This document shows positions 13,401 to 26,795 of a stretch of 64,000 bases of DNA, piece by piece. Both the position numbers and the translations under genes were made by a program. Under the pieces are notes generated by a model, which saw only the letters and a program-made list of their open reading frames with translations, made no database searches and was not told the DNA's origin. Source of the stretch: Octopus vulgaris (taxonomy: Eukaryota); contig OX597814.1 of the NCBI GenBank assembly GCA_951406725.2, positions 171,926,001 to 171,990,000 of the forward strand, written 5' to 3'. Position 1 is the stretch's first letter. Each line of letters opens with the position of its first letter.

Positions 13401-13524
<124 letters not shown>

Positions 13525-13588
13525 ATAGACACGCGTTTATGTATTTATGTATAAACAACACACCTAGATATACATTACATGTATATAC

Positions 13589-13647
<59 letters not shown>

Positions 13648-13983
13648 TACACGTATGTATGTATAAATTGCTTTTGTGGTTATCGTTGTCGAGAAATTTG
13701 TTTTTCTTAAAGATGTTCGATGCTGAGCGATTCTAAACGAGGTTGAAAAAACTCTATCTCCAATAGCTGCAAGCGAGAAATCTACGAAATATGGAGAAAA
13801 CAAGAAAGAGAGAATGGGAGGGTGCAAAAAAAATTTACCGCATAATGACAAAACCATAAGAAGCACAAACTAACAATATAATACCATTAAAGGAACAAAA
13901 ACAAAACAACAATTGCGGCGACAACGGTAAAAGGCTTAAAACTGCTGAAAACTACAAGATAGATGTATGTGTGCTTGTATCTC

Positions 13984-14385
13984 TTTTACTCTCTTTTTAC
14001 TCTTTTACTTGTTTCAGTCATTTGACTGCGGCCATGCTGGAGCACCGCCTTTTTAGTCGGGCGAATCGACCCCAGGACTTATTCTTTGGAAGCCTAGTAC
14101 TTATTCTATCGGTCTCTTTTGCCGAACCGCTAAGTGACGGGGGACGTAAGCACACCAGCATCGGTTGTCAAGCAATGCTAGGGGGGACAAACACAGACAC
14201 ACAAACACACACATACATATATATATACATATATACGACGGGCTTTCCGCCTACCAAATCCACTCACAAGGCATTGGTCGGCCCGGGGCTATAGCAGAAG
14301 ACACTTGCCCAAGATGCCACGCAGTGGGACTGAACCCGAAACCATGTGGTTGGTTAGCAAGCTACTTACCACACAGCCACTCCTG
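13984..14385 (-). mobile_element. SINE family B
   Basis: Full-length homology to the family. Confidence 0.88.
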
Positions 14386-14427
14386 TATATATAATATAAT
14401 ATGAAATATATATATCATATACATGCA

Positions 14428-14482
<55 letters not shown>

Positions 14483-14572
14483 GGTGACGTGTCGGGCTAT
14501 ACGTCGTGTTCGCGGGCTTACACCACCCTCCGTCCCTAGCCATTTCAGGCATTTAGAGCAGTTATTTATATA

Positions 14573-15445
14573 ATTATATACATAATAATAACAAGGGGTC
14601 GGGTTTACGCCTCACCACGCACTGCTAGAAATAGACGCTAAAGCTCCTATTACCATCTTAAAATCTCCTACAAATAACACACTATTCTGTAGGTAAGCAA
14701 CCACAAGGTTGGTCAATTAGAATATGTCACTTACTGCTATCACCAGCGGAAGTACTCTATAAGTACTCAAAATATGCATACGATCGGCGATATCGGTTTA
14801 CCAAAATTATATCCACACTTGCAAACCGATCTCTTGTTGTAATTATATACATAATTATAAAATATTTTGTAAAATGTACCTTTGAGGTTTTTATTTCTGC
14901 ACTGATCACCTCATAAAATCGTTGATTTTACTCTGTATTAATATTAATATTTGGATAAATTTACTTCATGATCGAAACTGCATTTACTTAATACACAGTA
15001 CATGGGTACAAAAGAGGGATGTGAATTACACTTGACGGGATATTTTTGCAAGTATGGATGGATATTGGTCATCCGATTTCGCCGATCGTATGCATATTTT
15101 GAAATACTCGCAACTTTATCTTATGGAGTACTTCCGCTGATCATAGCAGTAAGTGAAATATTCTAATTTTATTTTAAGCCCGAAATCCGATGGGGTACCG
15201 AGTTGACCAGCTTTGTGGATTCATTATTTTTCTTTTGCTTACCTACAACATGGTGTGTTATTTCTCGGAGATTTTAAGGTGGTAATAGGAGCTTTAGCGT
15301 CTATTTCTAGCAGTGCGCGGTGAGGGGTAAAGCCGACCCCTTGTTATAATTATGTATATGGTTATAAAATATTTTGAAAAATGTACCTATAAGGTTTTTA
15401 TTTCCGCAGTGACCACTTGGTAAAATTATTATTGATTTTACCATA
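14573..15445. mobile_element. Penelope-like inverted/direct terminal-repeat structure
   Basis: Inverted arms about 14573-14825/15046-15360; direct repeat about 14833-14930/15341-15441; decayed hammerhead at 15131-15203. Confidence 0.6.
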
Positions 15446-15479
15446 TATTAAAAAATATTTTTTATTGCACCACTTGGCC

Positions 15480-15900
15480 TCAACTCTCCTCCCCTCTTCA
15501 TCTACCTCCTTCCTTCTCCTCTCTTCCCATCACACCTACTTTCTCCTACCCACCTTCTCCCTTCCCCCTCTCCCTTCATCGTCACCCCTCCCTCGTAACC
15601 CACCCCTACACAATCCAACCCACCTTCCCTATCAATCCCATTCCACCCCACCCCATCCTTTACACCTACTCCCACATCCCCCACCTCTACCCCAACCCTC
15701 AATCTAACCCACACTCCCTTTATTTCCCCACTCTCGCCCCCCACATCCCAACACCCCCACACCACATACCACTACACCACACACCACCATACCACACTAC
15801 ACCACATCACACCACCACGCACTCACTAGCACTGACCACTTCCCAGCACCCACACCATTATCCACACACCTATACCTGCACACATGAACACGGCAATGTC
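15480..15900. repeat. C/A-rich low-complexity tract (CACAC/CCT)
   Basis: Direct inspection. Confidence 0.85.
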
Positions 15901-16039
15901 ACCAGTCTTTCTTCCACACGCACACACATGCTCTCTTATACACACGCACGCGCACCTTCATTTTGGGATCACCACTACTTTATTATCTCCCCTTCTTTCT
16001 AGTTCTCCTGTGTGATCCTTCTATCCGGCATTCGCCATG

Positions 16040-16347
<308 letters not shown>

Positions 16348-16794
16348 TGTGCAAGAGAATAAAAGTCTGCAAATATATTTGTAATTCACTCCACTGTTGC
16401 TCAGATATCCATAGTTTTTTTTTAAAATTTTTGATTGTGATTAATCAGATATAATCGATCTGACTTTTGCATGTATGTACCGCTGTGGTCAGCGAAATTC
16501 AACGGAATGACCAACTACTGGGACCCAGTATACATTTGTGCGTGTGTGTGCTGTTCGTGAAATTTTTCCTTTTCTGGACTTTTCCGTTTTCATTTCTGAC
16601 AAAGAGCTAGGCTCGAAACTTTTTTAAAAAAAACATTCTTTTTTTTCCCACCTTTGCCGAGCGTGAAGCTTATATATTTCGTGTGTACGTCCACTTGTGT
16701 TATTGTTATTTTCAATGTTCGATTGTTAGTGTTCAACTTTTAATATTTGATTTGACAGTATACATACAAACATGCATGTATATGTGCGTGTGTG

Positions 16795-16866
<72 letters not shown>

Positions 16867-17512
16867 CATACCTTATAAAGTCAGGAGTATGAGAGAATAC
16901 ATATAATTAACCACTTAACATACTTAGGGTTACGATCGTTTCGCAGTCTTCTTCAAGCAGTAATAATTTCAGTATGGAAGAAATTATGCTTACATGCTTG
17001 CGTTAACCTATATATTACCCCTGGTTGCGTTTTCACTACGCAAAACCTGCTCCTGCTTGTTTGGACAGGAACTCGGCGGAAGCATCTGACTCAGCATACG
17101 AAATGTTGAGTAGTAGGTAATCGATACCTGTAGCTAACATTTGCATACTATCCTTCTCTTCCAGATGGGGAAAGCTTACCCAAACATTTAATCTAAATAC
17201 AGTGAAATTTTTATGGTCATATATGGGTTGAATGCATGCTCGACATTATGCAATACAATTATACATTTACAAATTAATCTAAATAAAGAAAGCTAGCTCA
17301 TCAGATCACCAGAAGTTAATGGTTATATCAACGACTCAATTCATCGACCTGAACTTTTCGATTTCAGCTGCGTGGACACTGTACATAACACCTCCCGGTA
17401 TACGAGTACTATGCGGAGGATTTCTCTGTGATAGTCACATGATTGTCTGAATTAAATCGTATACTACAGATTTATATGTGAAATTTCTAGGATATTAATA
17501 AATAGAAAGGTA

Positions 17513-17560
17513 GTCTTACAGCTGTTTCAAGGATATGAGGGATAACTCTTCATCAGAGAC
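17513..17560 (-). ncRNA. Type I hammerhead ribozyme motif (stem II mutated)
   Basis: GTCT CTGATGA AGAGTTAT CCCTC ATATCCTT GAAAC AGCT GT A AGAC. Confidence 0.7.
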
Positions 17561-18048
17561 AATAGCAGAGTTAAATAGAGGGAAATAGTAGAGTTCAATA
17601 TAAGAAGTTATTTTGTAAAGGAAGAGATATAAGAAGTATAAAAGGAAATAAGAGAATAGAAATAGAAATATATGTTCAATGTTGCAGATGCAGTTCTCTT
17701 ATCTAAGGTAAGTGCTGTGTAGAATGGAGAAAGTTTTTTTGTCATATTTTGTTCATATTTTGTTATTACAAATGGATAGTGTGGCGATATTAATTCCCTG
17801 TGCTGTTCATTCAAAGGTGTCTTGTAGTGTGGAGGAATTTTTGAGAAGTACTGATAGGGGTAAATAGATAGAGAAAGGAGAATAGATGTGTATGTTAGAA
17901 AGAGGAGAATAGTACTAGTCAAAAGACCATTCTCCTAACATACATGAAATTTCACACTACAAGACCCCTTTGAATGAACAGTACATGGAATTGATGTCTC
18001 CACACTATCCATTTGTAATAAAAAAATGAACTATCGGAATTTACATAC

Positions 18049-18220
18049 CTATTTCTTTACTACCCACAAGGGGCTAAACATAGAGGGGACAAACAAGGAC
18101 AGACAAAGGGATTAAGTCGATTACATCGACCTCGGCGGAATTTGAACTCAGAACGTAACGCAGACGAAATACCATTAAGCATTTCGCCCGGCGTGCTAAC
18201 GTTTCTGCCAGCTCGCCGCC
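18049..18220 (-). mobile_element. Internally deleted SINE family A inserted in the right arm
   Basis: Head and tail present, core deleted at a TCGACC microhomology. Confidence 0.85.
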
Positions 18221-18407
18221 CTAGACAAGAAGCCTTTCTACCCATTCTACACAGCACTTTCCTTGGATAATGGAATTGCAACTGTAACAGACAACATATA
18301 TTTCTATTTCTATTCTCTTATTTCCCTTTATACTTCTTACATCTATCCCTTTCCAAAATAACTTATATTGAACTCTACTATTTCCCTCTATTTAACACTC
18401 ACATATC

Positions 18408-18455
18408 GTCTCTGATGAAGGGATATCCCTCATATCCTTGAAACAGCTGTAAGAC
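18408..18455 (+). ncRNA. Type I hammerhead ribozyme motif, canonical core
   Basis: Stem I GTCT/AGAC, CTGATGA, stem II AGGGATAT/ATATCCTT (8 bp with one GU), GAAA, palindromic stem III AC-AGCT-GT, GUA cleavage triplet (after 18451). Confidence 0.85.
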
Positions 18456-18789
18456 TACCTTTCTATTTATAAATATCCTAGAAATTTCACACTGCCTTGG
18501 CCTTGTTGTCTCATTTTATTTAACATATATATTTATATGTAAAACACTCGCACACACGACCGCAACTTCATCTCCGGATTGTACTCTTTCATCTTGTCCG
18601 TGTGTAAATTCTTCATGGGTGTGCGACTGAGTTTGTGCATGTGTTCATGTATGCATGTAGGTATACATAAAATTTTATTTGTATACATTTATACATACAT
18701 ACAAATATTTTGGTAAAAACGGTAAGATAACAAAAGAAAGAAAGAAAGAGATCTTAATATTATGTAAATAGAGGAAATTTATCTGTAAA

Positions 18790-18878
18790 TTAATATGTGA
18801 CAATTATTCGGTAGCCAAGATAAAACTCTGAGTTTCGGATGCCGAGGTGGAAATCCACAACACCATCTCTTCGGTTAT
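18790..18878 (-). ncRNA. Hammerhead-like motif, family H2 copy 1 (core U4C)
   Basis: ATAA CCGAAGA GATG..GTGG ATTT CCAC..CATCC GAAAC TCAGA GT T TTAT; homologous to 35442-35511. Confidence 0.55.
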
Positions 18879-19235
18879 ATACAGGCATGTATACAAACAC
18901 ATACACATACAGAAAGTCAGAGATGTGCGCGCGTGTGTATTTGTATGTATGCGCGTGTATGTGTGTGTCTGTATGTACGTGTGCATGTGTGTGCGTGTGT
19001 TTGTGTGTGCGTGTGTTTGTGTGTATGTGTGTATGTGTGCGTGTATGTGTGTATGCTTGTGTGTGTGCGTGTACATATACCAATGAGCGTTGAGAATATG
19101 AAATAAAGTTAAGTTCAACTTAAGCAACACATGAGTAATGATGGTTTGAAGAAAAATAATTTGTTCTCAGGAGAAAACAACTGGAATACTAGTCTTGATG
19201 GAAAATAAAATGAAAATTCTAAATATAGTGAATCA

Positions 19236-19256
19236 GTATCATTATTATCATCATTG

Positions 19257-19296
<40 letters not shown>

Positions 19297-19385
19297 CATT
19301 ATTATTATTGTTGTTGCTGTTATTATTATTATTATTTTTATCATTGTTGTTGCTGTTATTATTATTATCATCATTGTTATTATTA

Positions 19386-19453
<68 letters not shown>

Positions 19454-19493
19454 GTTGTTGCTGTTATTATTATTATTATTTTTATCATTGTTG

Positions 19494-19581
<88 letters not shown>

Positions 19582-19597
19582 TATCATTCTTCTTCTT

Positions 19598-19663
<66 letters not shown>

Positions 19664-19767
19664 ACGATAGCAGCAACAGCAGTGGCAGCAGCAGCAGTAG
19701 CACCAGCAGCAGCACCAGCAGCAGCACCAGCAGCAGCACCAGCAGCAGTAGTAGTGGTGGTTGTGGC

Positions 19768-19816
<49 letters not shown>

Positions 19817-19842
19817 ATAGTAGCAGCAGCAGCAGTAATAGT
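19236..19842. repeat. Compound trinucleotide array (TAT/TGT/TCT/CAG/TAG)
   Basis: Direct inspection; source of the poly-N/Y/L pseudo-ORFs. Confidence 0.95.
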
Positions 19843-20262
19843 ATGTTACCTTAAAAAGATCTATCTTCACCACATGTCAAGAGTTTTAAAATATATATAT
19901 TGTTTTTTCTAGCGATGCTCTCTTTCCTTTCAGGATAATATCCCAGAGGGAAATCTTCTTGAACAGGTTGCATGTCTAAGTCATTCTGGGTCTTCTCTTA
20001 AGATAACAGCTTCATTAGAGAGAGAGAGAGAAGAAGAAAAAACAACAGATTGTGGTCATAACTACACGGCAAAAAAAAAATGACCCTGCCCAATACAAAA
20101 GGAAAGATTAAGTAAATTTGGTTTTACATCAAGTCGTACAGATTGCATAGGAGGTAATCATATTTATTCGAACAATTTTAACGACACTGCAAACTATTGT
20201 GAAGAGAAAAAAACAACACAAAGATACTCACATGTACAACAACAACAATAACAACAACAATG

Positions 20263-20321
<59 letters not shown>

Positions 20322-21528
20322 CCTTTCTACTATAGGCACAAAATCTGAAATTTAGGGGAGGGGATAGTCGATTAGATCTACACCAGTACTCAACTGGTAC
20401 TTATTTTATCGACCCCGAAAAGATAAAAGGCAAAATCGACCAAGTAATTTCACTGATCCGTCTGTCCATCCATCTTTAGCAAGCCTACCGTCTTGTTCTG
20501 ATTTATCTTCGTTCCTGCCATCGTTGTATATTCATTTAAAATTGTTGAAGAGTCGACCAAAATGCCTTGTTGAACTTGTTCTTCGTCTTTACGTTCTGAT
20601 TTCATATCACTCCGAATTCAACTTCACTTTTCATACTTTCGGGGTCGATAAAATAAAGTCTCTGTCAAGTATTGAAATCAATGAAATTGATGGCCTTGTG
20701 TTGACAAATTTAGAGTGTCAATGTAATCGACTTCGCCTTCCCCTCAATCGAAAAATAGTGCCTATGTAATCGACTTCGCTCTCCTCTCAAAATTGCTGGC
20801 CTGGTGCTGAAATTGTTCTTATTGTTTTTGTTGTTATGATTAGAGGAAACGCGACATCCTTAGACAAAGCTTCTTGAAAGTATCAGTTTACTGTGTTTGC
20901 ACTTAATGGAAAATATCATTCTTTGGCTGATTACACGTTGAAACATTTCAGTATCCTCACCTCTTATCAGGGGAAGGGAGTAAGATTTGTCGCAGGATAT
21001 TTTTGTTTTAATTTGTAAATATTCTCATAATTGTGTCACAACAAATCTTCTCCCTCTGGCTTACACGCCCCCAAGAATTTTGAACACGTCTTCGAAGAAT
21101 CTGTAAACAATTTCATGAATTTACAAAAAAAATCCACAAATTTCACAAACAAAAGGGAAACTTGATAACACTTAAACAAGCAAACACAAGCATTTGCACT
21201 ATACAAGAAAAAAAACCCGATTATTTCACAAATGGTAGTAAAAAGCGAAGGAAATAACAATGGTAGTGAATCTTTTGTCAATACATTCTGCGAAAACTTA
21301 ACTCTGAATGCGACCAACTTTCGGGAAAAAAATTCAACAAAATAGTAATTATGTCAGGTAATCTTTGCCTCCTTGCCTGAGGATTTTATTAAAGAAAGAG
21401 AAAGGAGAGCCATACCCTCAAAGTAGCAGATGAAAAAAACTCTGGCAGATATATTGAATATTGTGATATCTTCGATTGAGAAAGGGCGTTTGGGACTATA
21501 TATTTGGACTATGAGACACAGAACCGAA

Positions 21529-21899
21529 GGCGGCGAACTGGCAGAAACGTTAGCGCGCCGGGCGAAATGCGTAGCCGTATTTCGTCTGCCGTTACGTTCT
21601 GAGTTCAAATTCCGCCGAGGTTGACTTGTCTGTCTTTAATTGTCCCCTCTGTGTTTAGCCCCTTGTGGGTAATAAAGAAATAAGAAACGTTGGCGCGCCG
21701 GGCAAAATGCTTTGCGGTATTTCGTCTGCGGTTACGTTCTGGGTTCAAATTCCACCAAGGTCGACTTTGCCTTTCAACCTTTCGGGATTGATAAATAAAG
21801 TACCAGTTACGCACTGGGGTCGATGTAAACGACTTAATCTCTTTGTCTGTCCTTGTTTTTCCCCTCTATGTTTAGCCCCTTGTGGGCAATAAATAAATA
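21529..21899 (+). mobile_element. SINE family A, rearranged dimer with TSD
   Basis: 15-bp TSD TATGAGACACAGAAC at 21510-21524 and 21900-21914. Confidence 0.9.
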
Positions 21900-22016
21900 T
21901 ATGAGACACAGAACGGACGAATCGACCGGCTAAGTTGGTGCGCTGCACAACCGCTGACAGATTCGTGCTACAAGATATAAAGTGATGGAAGACAAAGGTC
22001 ATAACCAGAAATATTG

Positions 22017-22146
22017 GGTTCAGATTTTGGCACAAGACCAATTTCAGGGGAGCCTAAGTCGATTACATCGACCGCATTGCTCACCTGGTACTTATATTAT
22101 GGACCCCGAAATAATGAATGACAACGTCGATCTCTACGGAATTTGA
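22017..22146 (-). mobile_element. 5'-truncated SINE family A (alternative tail) with TSD
   Basis: 17-bp TSD CATAACCAGAAATATTG at 22000-22016 and 22147-22163. Confidence 0.8.
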
Positions 22147-23142
22147 CATAACCAGAAATATTGATAGTAATATTGTCTCTTTCTCCGGCGTCAATTTTGT
22201 AGCAGGGTACGTGCAGCTGAAAATGTCATGTGGTTGGGTGCCCTGTCCATAGACATGCAGATCTTGATTACCTAAGATCGTAGTGTCATCCCGGAGATGA
22301 AGCCCATTGATAGTGCAGAAAAAAGTCAATATGGTACAACAGCAAATTGTTTAGAAAGCTATCAGTCCTAGCGCCAAGGATGGTTTAAAACATCGACTCA
22401 CATTCTGTGCCAGTAATTGACGACCAGTGAGCTATTAATCAGAAGGCAGACGGATCATCACTGAAATATCACCCCCTTCATTTTGTGAGCGAACGGAGTG
22501 AATAGATGCTAAAGATAGGTAATGAACTGTGGTTGGCATAAAAAAACCCCCAGAAAACTAGCGCAAATTAGGTAAAATGAGCCCAAACGAAATTTATCCA
22601 GGTTACACGGAAGAATACACGAGTGTTGGAACCACAGCCGACTTTCAGATGATTCTGGTGGCTGACCTGGAGAAAGATTGTAACGATGTACTGATTCAAA
22701 AGAATCAGGAGTCGACATCGGCCAGAGTAGTATGATGCTTTGATCCAATATAAAACCATTGCAAACATTCGCATCATGTCACACGCCTGGGGATAACATC
22801 ATCTTCTGACTTAATCATGAAAGGCAAAAACAAAACGATATCTATAAATTGTTTGAATCGAATTGTCTTTAATTTTTCAATGGCAAAAGTATGAAATATT
22901 AATTGCAAAAATTCAATCACCCGAAACGTTATCTCTACAAATAATATATATAAATATATCACACACACATACATTTATATGTGTATATGCCTAATATATA
23001 TATATATATATATATATATACGTGTGAAACGTTCGGTGTTCATATTTAAATAATATACTTTATTCATGACTTTTGATTTTCATGCTGACTTTATTAACTT
23101 TGAAATTTCTATTTTTGTTCTAATATAAGGAATATGCAATTT

Positions 23143-23255
23143 AAGGTGGCGAACTGGCAGAGTCGGCATTTCGTACGACTTTATGTTCTCAGTTCAAACT
23201 CCACCGAGGTCGACTATTATTTCTTCAAATTGGCCCTGTGCCAAAATTTGAAACC
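23143..23255 (+). mobile_element. Deleted SINE family A with TSD
   Basis: TSD ATAAG(G/A)AATATGCAATTT at 23125-23142 and 23256-23273. Confidence 0.75.
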
Positions 23256-25269
23256 ATAAGAAATATGCAATTTGCCACACAAAAACATGAATTTGTCATA
23301 AAAAAAAATAGTGGCAGTGGTGAGGACAAGGACAAGGAGTATCTTTTTGTTTTTTGTTTTTTTTTTGTATTATTGTTTTAAATTTTGAGTTGTTTACTTG
23401 CATTGTTATTACATAGCATTACCAAGTCAGTCCTGATTCAGCATGATTGTCTCGACATTCTAGCCTTAATAATCCTGTCTGTTATTCAAATACGTTGCTT
23501 TCCATGTGTCCTCCATTTTTTATGTTTAGCCTTATGTCAGCGTCGATCGAGAAGACACATTATCAAAAGTGTTTCAATCATGACTGTTCCATTTCTTTGT
23601 TTATTCAGAAACATATTACTCTTTGTGTCTTATGTGGTTATTTTTTTTTCTAATGTATTGGGTTACAATTTGAGAAATATTTGACTACTTCTTCTAGAAG
23701 ACCGATCGATCACGTGGAGAATACCATGTTGCCTCATATGAGTAATTTATTTTCTAGATCAGTAGAAAAGATATTAAATATACCTGTCATATTTGGGCTG
23801 GTGCCTCCTTCGACTGTCTCACTTTGTTTAAGGGAACTCAAAATCGAGTTGTTTCCTCGATGGCGAGTCCTCTTTCTACTAGTTTAGAAACTTTGGTTCA
23901 TCATCGAAACGTTCCTTCATTCCGTCGTTTCTATGAATATTTCCATAGTTATTGATTTGATGAGCTCTCTGGTCTGGTATCTTCTGTTAAGTGCTTTAAG
24001 CGTATTACCTGTTTCTCTTCCCAGGCACACCGTTTCTCTGTAGAGCTTTCTGTTAGACATGCATCCTTTTATTCAACAGCTTCTTTCTTCGAACTGATGC
24101 TTTCAAGAACTCACTACAATCGTTTTGTTTTCTCAGGGTTATGATATTCAGCCTTTTAAACTTTCTCTAAATTGACATCTTCTTAATCTGTACGTCCCTT
24201 ATTTCACTTCTTTACAGTTCCTTACGCTTTAGGCCATGTTTGGAGCAAAATCATAAAGAAAAGGGACCTTGAACTCCTACCACCACCACCACTACCACCA
24301 AAAAACAATCATAGTATTTTGCTGATTCTTTTGTGGTCACCGGTTGAGCTGATTCAGTTATTTTTGTATTCTTTGTAATCTGCCCCCTTTTTTTTTTTCT
24401 AGTTCTGACGGGTGACAGACATATCGCTGTTGCAAAGGCTTGTGCTGCACATTCATGTGTGTTCAACGTATACACAAAATGAAACTGAAAGCGTTAACAA
24501 CTATTTTCCTTTTCATTTCCCGATGTTGATTTTCTACCGAGTTGATATTTCGTCTTACTAACTTTATTTGTGTATTTAAACGCCTCTCCAACAAACAGCT
24601 GTTATTCAACGACTTCTATTCACTGACCCTTCAATGACATTACAATCAATGATATCATTCGTCGCTGTTTAATTCACTTTTAACTCTAGCTTCTTTTATA
24701 CCACTACTGACGTATTGTCCAGTATTTCTGTCTGCGAATACATTAAGTGCCATTGTATATAGTGAAGCTGTCTGTGAATAAATTAAAGCTATTCTAGCAA
24801 TCTATTTATATTGTTTTCTTTTTTTATTCAGTCAATTGCAAATTGGCAGATTGGAGTTAAAATTGAGGTTGTGGAAAACCAGGCCACTTAACCACAGGCA
24901 TTTTATTTTTATTCTAGAACTTTCTGTAACTATTTTCCGTGGATCATCGAAACAAATAAAAGGCGGGTGGGATAAGAAAAATTAACTACAGTATAATCAC
25001 TTAATTTTAGTAAGGAACTAGTGTTAATTAAATTATAACAGCTTTCCATAATTTCTCAAATCATCCCAAAAACACAGAAATTGACTGAGAATTTCGGATT
25101 ATTATCTATGAGACTCTGAGACTGTGAGGCTCTAAAAATTTATAGATTTTATGACAAAGAAAGATTACAATGTGTATATTTATAGATGTAATGGTTTTTA
25201 ATTTAGATACAAGACCAGCAAATCTGTGATGCCGAGGTTAGGTGACATCATCAACCCCAGTATTTGATT

Positions 25270-25560
25270 CTTTCATTTGTTTCAGCCATTTGACTGCGAC
25301 CATGCTAGAGCACCGCCATTAATCGAACAAATCAACCCAAGAACTTATTCTTTGCAAGCCTAGTATTTATTATATTGGTCTCTTTTGCTGAACTGCTAAG
25401 CACACCAACATCGGTTGACAAGCGATAGTGGAGGGACAAATACAGACGCACAAATTTCCGTCTACCAAATCCACCCACAAGGCTTTGGTCGGCCCGATGC
25501 TACAGTAGAATACACTTTCCCAAGGTGCCACGTAGTGGAACTGAATCCGGAACCATGTGG
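25270..25560 (-). mobile_element. Diverged SINE family B
   Basis: Homology with internal deletions. Confidence 0.8.
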
Positions 25561-25884
25561 TAATTTAATTTACTGGTTCCTAAAGAATGAAAACCGAAGT
25601 TAATCCCGGCAGGAATTTAAAGTCAGAACGGAAGGTGCCTGCAGAAATACCACAAGGAAATTTTTCCCACGCTTTAACGATTCTGATAATCTGCTGCTTT
25701 GCCATTATAGAAATGAAGATTTGTAAGTTGGGTACAAGGCCAGCAATATCTGATAGGGATAGACTTATGTTAATCAGTATCATTGATTGGCCATATACTT
25801 CCATACTGTTGTAGTCATCTGGTAGCCGAATGCTGTGAACAGGCTTTAAATAGCATATGACAAAGTGTATACTCGAATAAAAGT

Positions 25885-25955
<71 letters not shown>

Positions 25956-26103
25956 TATCTCGGTTAGAAACCAATTCTTTCACTATTGGCATGAAATCTT
26001 GAAATAAACGGAATAATGACATACATACATACATACATACATACATACATACATACATACATACGTACATACATACATACGTACATACATACATACATGC
26101 ATG

Positions 26104-26135
<32 letters not shown>

Positions 26136-26660
26136 CATACATGCATGCATGCATACATACATACATACATATATACATACATGCATGCATGCATACATAC
26201 ATACATACATACATACATACATACATACATACATACATACATACATACATACATACATACATGCATGCATGCATACACACATACATGTATGTACAGCATA
26301 TTAGAGTTAGAGGAAATGATTCCCAAGAAAGCTGCGATTGCCACATCTTCCTTTTCTAACGAAATCAAATGCCATTGGAGCTGTTGACAGTCTATCGAGG
26401 GACTCCACTCATATCAAATACGTCTGTGTGTGTGTGTATGTGTGTGTGAGTGCAATTGTTAATCTCTTTGTGTGTTTATGCATACACATACAAACACATA
26501 CGCTCTCATATATACAGATATATATGTATACATATGTGCATGGATATATATGCGTGTGTGTGGGTGTGAGAGAGTATACATGTGTATATATATATATATA
26601 TATTCATATATATTTGTATGTTCATATATATATATATATACACATACATATATATATGTG

Positions 26661-26693
<33 letters not shown>

Positions 26694-26727
26694 GTATATA
26701 GGAAGAGAGGGAAAGAGAGAGAAAAGC

Positions 26728-26795
<68 letters not shown>

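Larger units (their letters stand above)
17478..18490. mobile_element. Penelope-like element 3' end as a head-to-head inverted duplication
   Basis: Arms 17478-17735/18234-18490 and about 17750-17840/17945-18030; each outer arm carries a hammerhead; the left-arm ORF contains PLNEQHRELIS, reminiscent of a PLE GIY-YIG C-terminus (LN.R.ELIS). Confidence 0.72.

Noticed and set aside
14490-14542. Hammerhead-like stem layout GGCTA..GGG/CCC..GTA TAGCC (minus strand)
   Set aside because: Core residues absent (GGGACGGA, GAAC)
16925-17312. Hammerhead with about 350-nt stem II (GAAAC GATC GTA near 16930-16942, CTGATGA near 17298-17304, minus strand)
   Set aside because: The 3' half is convincing but stem I does not pair with the candidate 5' half; unresolved
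19115-19912. Longest ORFs (252, 219 and 136 aa; poly-N/Y/L/S)
   Set aside because: Read-through of trinucleotide microsatellites, open in several frames on both strands
23380-24230. Possible ancient RTE ORF remnant on the minus strand
   Set aside because: Only vague compositional resemblance; no diagnostic motif recoverable
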